A DNA stretch of 64,000 bases from Gemmatimonadales bacterium (GTDB taxonomy: Bacteria; Gemmatimonadota; Gemmatimonadetes; Gemmatimonadales; GWC2-71-9), in NCBI GenBank assembly GCA_037189525.1, contig JBBCJC010000001.1, positions 841,750 to 905,749 of the forward strand. The letters run 5' to 3'. Shown piece by piece: positions 56,990 to 64,000 of the stretch (within the stretch, counting starts at the first letter, position 1; the number at the start of each line of letters is the position of its first letter). A program made the translations under genes and the position numbers. A model generated the notes under the pieces. It saw only the letters and a program-made list of their open reading frames with translations, was not told the DNA's origin and did not search any database.

Positions 56990-59900
56990 ATCTGATCGAG
57001 CTGTCCGTCAAGCGCCCGTCGGTGACGGCGCTGCTGTTCCTCCTGATGGTAGCGTTAGGCCTGTCGGCCTGGACGACGATACCTCGGCAGGAGGACCCAA
57101 GCTTCCCGATCCCGATCTACACGGTGGTCGCTGCGCTGCCCGGGGCCACGCCGGTAGACCTGGAACGCCTGGTGGCCAAGCCGATCGAGGAGCGCCTGAG
57201 CGAGCTGGAATCGCTGGAGGAGATCAACACGCGCATTGCCGGAGACGTCGCGGTGGTTCGGGTCGAGTTCGAGGTCGGGGTCGACGCGGAACAGAAGTAC
57301 GGCGAGGTGCAGCGCGAAGTCGACGCGATTCGGGGCGAACTGCCTGATCAGCTGGCCCTACTGGAAGTTCGCAAGGCGTCGACCTTCGATGTGAGCATCG
57401 TACAGCTCGCGCTGGTCTCGCCAACCGCAAGCGATGTCGAGCTCGACCGGATCGCGGAAGCGCTCGAAGACCGGATCAAGGCAGTCCCCGGTGTGCAGAC
57501 CGCCGAGCGGTGGGGCGAAGCCACACGCCAGGTGCGCGTCGCCCTCGATGTGGGGCGGCTGACCCAGCAGGGCATTCCGATCGGCGTCGTCCTCCAGGCC
57601 ATTGGAGGCGAGAGCCTCGACATTCCGGGTGGCGCCGTCGCCGCCGGGATGCGACAGCTGTCGGTCCGCACCAGCGGATCATACGGTTCGCCGGCCGAGG
57701 TAGCCGCCACCGTGATTTCGGGAAGTGGCGACGCCGTGGTGCGGGTCGGTGACGTCGCCACCGTCGAGTGGGCGTCGGCCGATCCGACCTACCAGACGCG
57801 CTACGACGGCCAGCGAGCGATTTTCGTCACTGCCAAGCAGTTGCCCGGGTGGAACATCGCCACCGTGCGGGACGGCATCTGGACCACGCTCGACACCTTC
57901 GAATCGGAGCTGCCAGATGGTGTGACCCTGAAACGGGGCTTCGACCAGGCCAAGAACGTCAGCGAGCGCCTGTCCCGCTTGGGCGCCGACTTCGCGATTG
58001 CCATCGGCCTGGTCATGATCACCCTGCTGCCGCTCGGCCTGCGCGCAGCTGGCGTCGTGATGGTGGCGATTCCGCTTTCGCTCGCACTCGGCATTGCCGC
58101 GCTCAACGTGCTGGGCTTCTCGCTCAACCAGCTCAGCATCGTGGGCTTCGTGATTGCGCTGGGTCTCCTGGTCGACGACTCGATCGTGGTGGTCGAGAAC
58201 ATCGCGCGGATGCTGCGATCGGGCATGTCACGCGTCGAAGCAGCCATTGCCGGGACCAGACAGATCGCCAAAGCCGTCGTAGGAGCCACGGCGGTGCTCG
58301 CGTTTGCCTTTCTGCCGCTGATGATGCTGCCCGGTCTTTCGGGTCGTTATATCCGTTCGCTGCCGGTGGCCGTCGTCGTCACGGTAGCTGCGTCGATGAT
58401 CGTGGCATTCACGGTCATTCCGTGGCTGGCGAGCGTCCTGCTCTCGCGAGATGAGCATGCCGAGGGCAATCGGGTCTTCCGGGCGGTGACGAGCGCCATC
58501 AACAAGACGTATGGGCCGCTGCTCGACCGAGCCCTGGCGGCGCCGCGGGCCACGCTGGCGCTTTCTCTGGCAGTCGTCGTCGGCGTGATGAGCCTCATCC
58601 CTGTCGTCGGCTTCTCGCTGTTTCCCAAGGCCGAAACGCCCCAGTTTCGTATCGACGTGCGCCTGCCTGTCGGTGCATCGTTGGCCGCGACCGACAGTGC
58701 GGTGCGGTTTGCGGAGCGAACGGTCACGCGCCAGACCGGTATCCAGGCCGTCTTCAGCAACATCGGTCGCGACAATCCGATGGTCTACTACAACGTCTTT
58801 CCGAACGAGGAGGACGTTACCATCGGCCAGCTCTTCGTAACACTCGACCGGTATGATCCCACCATCACCCCGGCCATGCTCGACGCGATCCGCGCCGAGT
58901 TGGCCGAGTATCCCGGGGCACGGTTGGAGCTGCGGGAATTCGAGAACGGGCCGCCGATCGATGCGCCGATTGCCTTCCGGATCCAGGGGCCGGACTTGGA
59001 CTCACTGGCGCGGATCGCAGCCGACGTCGAGTCCCTGCTCCGTAGCACGCCGGGGACCCGCTACGTCACCAACCCGGTTCGTTTGCCGCGCACCGACCTC
59101 CAGGTCGCGGTCGATCGCGGCAAGGCGGGGATGCTCGGTGTCTCCACGCTGGAGCTCGACCGCGCGGTCCGGCTCGGGATCGCCGGCCTGACGGCGGGTG
59201 AGGTGCGTGAAGCCGATGGCACCGTTCGCGACATCGTGGTCAGGCTGCCGCACGAAACCCTGCCCGGCCCCGACGCCCTGCAGCGGGTCTGGGTGCCGAG
59301 CCAGCGCGGCGGCGCGGTGCCGTTAGCCCAGCTTGCGAGCGTCGGATTCCGCACCTCGCCGGCGGAGATCCGCCGCTATCAGGAGCAGCGGACCGTCACG
59401 ATCTCGAGCGACGTGGAGACCGGTCAGAATGTCGATCGGCTGACCCGCTCGTTGCTCACCTCCGTGGCGACCATCCCGGTACCGGCCGGGTATACCATCA
59501 CCCCCGGAGGTGAAATCGAGAGCCGTGGCAAGTCGTTCGGTGGCCTGGGCGGCGCCGTGGTCGTGGCAACGTTCGGGATCCTGGCCATCCTGCTGCTCGA
59601 GTTCGGGACATTCAGGACCACCATGATCGTCGCATCCGTCATTCCGCTCGGCGCCATCGGCGGTATTCTGGCGTTGCTGCTGACCGGGAACACCTTCTCG
59701 TTCACGGCGATGATCGGATTCGTGGCGTTGATCGGCATCGAGATCAAGACGACGATTTTGCTGGTCGACTTCACCAACCACTTGCGGCAGGAGGGCGTGG
59801 AGCTCGTCGATGCGGTCCGCAAGGCGGGCGAAGTGAGGTTCCTCCCGATTCTGCTCACGGCATGCACGGCGATTTTCGGACTGCTGCCGGTGGCGTTACA

Positions 59901-60018
59901 GGGGACCGGGCTGTATGCGCCGTTGGCCTGGGTCATTATTGGTGGGCTAGTAACATCGACGTTCCTGGCAAGGATCGTGACGCCTGTGCTCTATGTGATG
60001 CTCAAACCTGATACATAA
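56986..60018 (+). CDS. RND efflux permease
   Basis: IPRQEDP, GLLVDDSIVVVEN, GIEIKTTILLVDF, RFLPILLT. Confidence 0.93.
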   Translation: MNLIELSVKRPSVTALLFLLMVALGLSAWTTIPRQEDPSFPIPIYTVVAALPGATPVDLERLVAKPIEERLSELESLEEINTRIAGDVAVVRVEFEVGVDAEQKYGEVQREVDAIRGELPDQLALLEVRKASTFDVSIVQLALVSPTASDVELDRIAEALEDRIKAVPGVQTAERWGEATRQVRVALDVGRLTQQGIPIGVVLQAIGGESLDIPGGAVAAGMRQLSVRTSGSYGSPAEVAATVISGSGDAVVRVGDVATVEWASADPTYQTRYDGQRAIFVTAKQLPGWNIATVRDGIWTTLDTFESELPDGVTLKRGFDQAKNVSERLSRLGADFAIAIGLVMITLLPLGLRAAGVVMVAIPLSLALGIAALNVLGFSLNQLSIVGFVIALGLLVDDSIVVVENIARMLRSGMSRVEAAIAGTRQIAKAVVGATAVLAFAFLPLMMLPGLSGRYIRSLPVAVVVTVAASMIVAFTVIPWLASVLLSRDEHAEGNRVFRAVTSAINKTYGPLLDRALAAPRATLALSLAVVVGVMSLIPVVGFSLFPKAETPQFRIDVRLPVGASLAATDSAVRFAERTVTRQTGIQAVFSNIGRDNPMVYYNVFPNEEDVTIGQLFVTLDRYDPTITPAMLDAIRAELAEYPGARLELREFENGPPIDAPIAFRIQGPDLDSLARIAADVESLLRSTPGTRYVTNPVRLPRTDLQVAVDRGKAGMLGVSTLELDRAVRLGIAGLTAGEVREADGTVRDIVVRLPHETLPGPDALQRVWVPSQRGGAVPLAQLASVGFRTSPAEIRRYQEQRTVTISSDVETGQNVDRLTRSLLTSVATIPVPAGYTITPGGEIESRGKSFGGLGGAVVVATFGILAILLLEFGTFRTTMIVASVIPLGAIGGILALLLTGNTFSFTAMIGFVALIGIEIKTTILLVDFTNHLRQEGVELVDAVRKAGEVRFLPILLTACTAIFGLLPVALQGTGLYAPLAWVIIGGLVTSTFLARIVTPVLYVMLKPDT

Positions 60019-60076
60019 AGGCCGTTCTGTAAACGAACGTGTCGCGAATTCTAAATGGGAGGATAGCGGGAAAGGC

Positions 60077-63000
60077 ATTTCATATCCCCGCACATGCTGG
60101 GAACGTATCTTCGGCACTCAGAAAGCCGAGCAGGTGCACGGTTTATCCCGCGTGCACGCGGGGAACGTGGGACCGAGATCGGCGTCCGGATTATGTACGT
60201 TGGCACATCCCCGCATGCGCGGGGAAACGTGGCCGCCCGGACGCGGTTGCAGAAGTCGATGACGGTTCATCCCCGCATGCGCGGGGAACGCTCCACCCCT
60301 TCAACGATGTCGGCAACCTCAGCCGGTTCATCCCCGCATGCGCGGGGAACGCTCGATCAGCGCGCCGCGGTTCAGGCCGTCGGACGGTTCATCCCCGCAT
60401 GCGCGGGGAACGCCCCCCCACCATCGCTGCGACTGGGCGAGAAACCGGTTCATCCCCGCATGCGCGGGGAACGTGTCCCCTGCTCCCAGTCCGTCAGGGC
60501 CTGGAGCGGTTCATCCCCGCATGCGCGGGGAACGCTACTCCACCACGCACCCACCACGCACCTACAACGGTTCATCCCCGCATGCGCTGGGAACGCTTCC
60601 CGACGAGCCCGAGTTCGCGACGGGCTCACGGTTCATCCCCCCATGCGCGGGGAACGCATCGTGCGGGCGATTGCCGCCCAGCTCGCCTACGGTTCATCCC
60701 CGCATGCGCGGGGAACGCTCGCGACCTCATCGCCGCCCGTGACCGGCGGCAGGTTCATCCCCGCATGCGCGGGGAACGCAGTCACGCCACCGGCGGCAGA
60801 GTGGTGCGCAGCGGTTCATCCCCGCATGCGCGGGGAACGCTATCATGGTTTCAGGTTGTTGTGTTGCAATGACGGTTCATCCCCGCATGCGCGGGGAACG
60901 CCGTGGTCCGGCCCAGACGGCCAATGTTGTAGACGGTTCATCCCCGCATGCGCGGGGAACGCGTCTAGTCGCCCTGATCGACTGGGTTGGCGGACGGTTC
61001 ATCCCCGCATGCGCGGGGAACGCAGCCGCGCCAGGACGGAATCGCGGGCGTGTTCCGGTTCATCCCCGCATGCGCGGGGAACGCCCCCCTAGTTCGGTAC
61101 GTCCGCCGTGGTCCGGCGGTTCATCCCCGCATGCGCGGGGAACGCGGCAACGTGGACCCCTAGGTCCATGCCGTATCCGGTTCATCCCCGCATGCGCGGG
61201 GAACGCGAATACGAACCGGAAAGGAACCGTATTGTCGGCGGTTCATCCCCGCATGCGCGGGGAACGCCGAATTCTCGACGCACTGGCGTGGCTTGAGTCC
61301 AGGTTCATCCCCGCATGCGCGGGGACGCTGCATACGCTGATGCTCCCGATCGGCGGCCTGCGGTTCATCCCCGCATGCGCGGGGAACGCGCCCGACTGGC
61401 GTACTGCGGATCTAGATCAGCCCGGTTCATCCCCGCATGCGCGGGGAACGCCAGCCGCAGGGGGCGAGCCTCAAGCTCATCCCCGGTTCATCCCCGCATG
61501 CGCGGGGAACGCGAATCGCACGCCACGCTGCGGGACTACGACACCGGTTCATCCCCGCATGCGCGGGGAACGCCCAGGCGTTGTAGCGGATGCCACCGGC
61601 TGCCCCGGTTCATCCCCGCATGCGCGGGGAACGCCGGCTCGGCCGCGAGTGCGCACCGATCACGGCAGGTTCATCCCCGCATGCGCGGGGAACGCTCCGA
61701 CGCGCAACGCACTGCCGATGCCGAGACCGGTTCATCCCCGCATGCGCGGGGAACGCCTTCATGATCCGGACCCGAGCTGGCCGGTCGGGGGTTCATCCCC
61801 GCATGCGCGGGGAACGCACACTTCGCCAGCCAATGCGCCGCCGAGAATACGGTTCATCCCCGCATGCGCGGGGAACGCGATGGTTTTCGATCCCGCCGGG
61901 GCTGCCACGCCGGTTCATCCCCGCATGCGCGGGGAACGCGGCTGGCGGCGGAACTCAAGGCGATTGACGACCGGTTCATCCCCGCATGCGCGGGGAACGC
62001 TTCTCAAGTCCTGCTCTTAGCTCTTGTGAGGGCGGTTCATCCCCGCATGCGCGGGGAACGCCGGCGGGTGTCTACCGTGCGTTGGAGTTTTGTCGGTTCA
62101 TCCCCGCATGCGCGGGGAACGCACCCGTGCCGCCAGGTCAGCCGCTTCCGCCGCCGGTTCATCCCCGCATGCGCGGGGAACGCGGGGTCAGTCGTGACGC
62201 ACAGCGGTGTGTCGTCGGTTCATCCCCGCATGCGCGGGGAACGCTGTTTGGGACGGGCTATCCGGTAGACGTATCCCGGTTCATCCCCGCATGCGCGGGG
62301 AACGCCTGCCGTCCGATTTGCACAGCCACGACGGGTACGGTTCATCCCCGCATGCGCGGGGAACGCGGCAAATCGCCCACGTCAATAACCAAAGGAAACG
62401 GTTCATCCCCGCATGCGCGGGGAACGCAAGACAATGCTCCGCTTCTACCGGTTTCCAGACGGTTCATCCCCGCATGCGCGGGGAACGCACGAGGGAGCAC
62501 ACCAGCAAGTGGAGCCCGGTCGGTTCATCCCCGCATGCGCGGGGAACGCTGGTAAGCGGGCGGGCTGGTGCACGTGTGCGTCGGTTCATCCCCGCATGCG
62601 CGGGGAACGCCGGCAGCAAGCCGATCCGGCCCTCGATCCGCCCGGTTCATCCCCGCATGCGCGGGGAACGCCAGCTCCTCGAGGCGCCGGCCCTCCCGGC
62701 CGACGGTTCATCCCCGCATGCGCGGGGAACGCGCGCGGTTTCGACGCCGAGCAGGGCCGTGTTGAGGTTCATCCCCGCATGCGCGGGGAACGCTTGTCTT
62801 CCGGCTCCGATGCGGCGGCCCGTCCCGGTTCATCCCCGCATGCGCGGGGAACGCGTGGCGTCCGCCGAAATCGAGGCGTGGGAGTGCGGTTCATCCCCGC
62901 ATGCGCGGGGAACGCACTGCCCCCCGTGGCAATGTGCGGGCTGATCGAGGTTCATCCCCGCATGCGCGGGGAACGCGCGACGGATCAGCCTGCTGATTCC

Positions 63001-64000
63001 ACCAGAGCAGGTTCATCCCCGCATGCGCGGGGAACGCGTGGTATTGAGGGCCCGTCCTCATGAGTGACACCGGTTCATCCCCGCATGCGCGGGGAACGCG
63101 GCCTGCATCAATGGCGATCCGTCAGCGCCTCCGGTTCATCCCCGCATGCGCGGGGAACGCCCCATGGCTAAGTCCGAGCCCGACGTTCAGATCGGTTCAT
63201 CCCCGCATGCGCGGGGAACGCCCGAGCAGTGGGCACGGGTCGGCGAGGCCAGCCGGTTCATCCCCGCATGCGCGGGGAACGCATCGTTCTTTGACAATTG
63301 CCTTGCTTGGTTTGCGGTTCATCCCCGCATGCGCGGGGAACGCGCGGCACAGCGACCGCTCCTCCTCACGCTCGACGGTTCATCCCCGCATGCGCGGGGA
63401 ACGCTGATTGCGCTTGGGTTCGGCTACAACGCGAGTCGGTTCATCCCCGCATGCGCGGGGAACGCGATAGTGAGCACCACGGGAAGATGATCGGCAACGG
63501 TTCATCCCCGCATGCGCGGGGAACGCAGCTACGCGCAATGCTGGCCGAGTGTCACGTGCGGTTCATCCCCGCATGCGCGGGGAACGCGGCCGAGTCTGGC
63601 GGCCGAGGGCAAGCTAGCGCGGTTCATCCCCGCATGCGCGGGGAACGCCGAAGAAAACAGGCCATCCCTGGTAGAAGGTGCGGTTCATCCCCGCATGCGC
63701 GGGGAACGCGAGCCCTGGCGGAGCTGGCTGCGCGACGGCGACGGTTCATCCCCGCATGCGCGGGGAACGCTCGCGGCCTAAACGCAACCGAATCCCTCGA
63801 GGCGGTTCATCCCCGCATGCGCGGGGAACGCCTTCGCGGTCGCCTCAAGCTTCCGAAACGATGCGGTTCATCCCCGCATGCGCGGGGAACGCCTTGGTAA
63901 TCCGGCGCTTGCGGTCTTCATCGCCGGTTCATCCCCGCATGCGCGGGGAACGCGCCGCACGCTCCTGGCCGATTCGCTCTGCTCGCGGTTCATCCCCGCA
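60077..64000 (-). CRISPR. Type I-E CRISPR array, ~65 repeats (3 degenerate terminal, last truncated), 32-33 nt spacers, continuing beyond the window
   Basis: Plus-strand repeat CGGTTCATCCCCGCATGCGCGGGGAACGC, period 61 nt. The reverse complement GCGTTCCCCGCGCATGCGGGGATGAACCG is E. coli-like I-E. Degenerate copies at ~60077, 60139 and 60201 mark the trailer end. Confidence 0.98.

Noticed and set aside
60039..63900. Repetitive ORFs (GSSPHARGT / RFIPACAGN / VHPRMRGER)
   Set aside because: Translations of CRISPR repeats, not proteins
1..64000. Integrase, transposase, tRNA, rRNA or cas genes; self-targeting spacers
   Set aside because: None recognisable. Spacer self-matches were not seen by eye but cannot be excluded without alignment.

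Overview
High-GC bacterial chromosomal window. Gene content (TolB-propeller amidohydrolases, carboxypeptidase-regulatory/plug-only proteins, Ig+RCC1 lipoprotein, 6-bladed propeller lipoproteins) suggests Gemmatimonadota, by inference only. From left to right: two tandem secreted propeller-amidohydrolases; a histone-H1-like basic protein; a TPR protein; four beta-propeller (lipo)proteins around a tpm gene broken by one in-frame TAA, followed by a TolC-MFP-RND-RND system with atypical proton-relay motifs; a minus-strand cassette (degenerate alpha/beta-hydrolase, STAND ATPase-TPR-wHTH-BTAD regulator with reversed domain order, DUF5602-like and Ig/RCC1 lipoproteins) whose two promoters share a (C/T)GGTAA-N5-(C/T)GGTAA-N11-TAGnnT layout; a ~12.3 kb block bracketed by two convergent cobalamin riboswitches, one before metE-CWC and one before prpC-prpD-prpB-mmsA-ACAD-ECH-HIBCH-mmsB; a GT2 with a small membrane partner; assorted periplasmic enzymes; a TetR-controlled RND pump with two visible operators; and the trailer end of a long type I-E CRISPR array (~65 repeats, running off the right edge, no cas genes in the window). 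The strongest candidate for an undescribed system is the B12-riboswitch-controlled operon that joins the methylcitrate cycle to a beta-oxidation-like propionate/isobutyrate route, set inside a putative B12-independence island.
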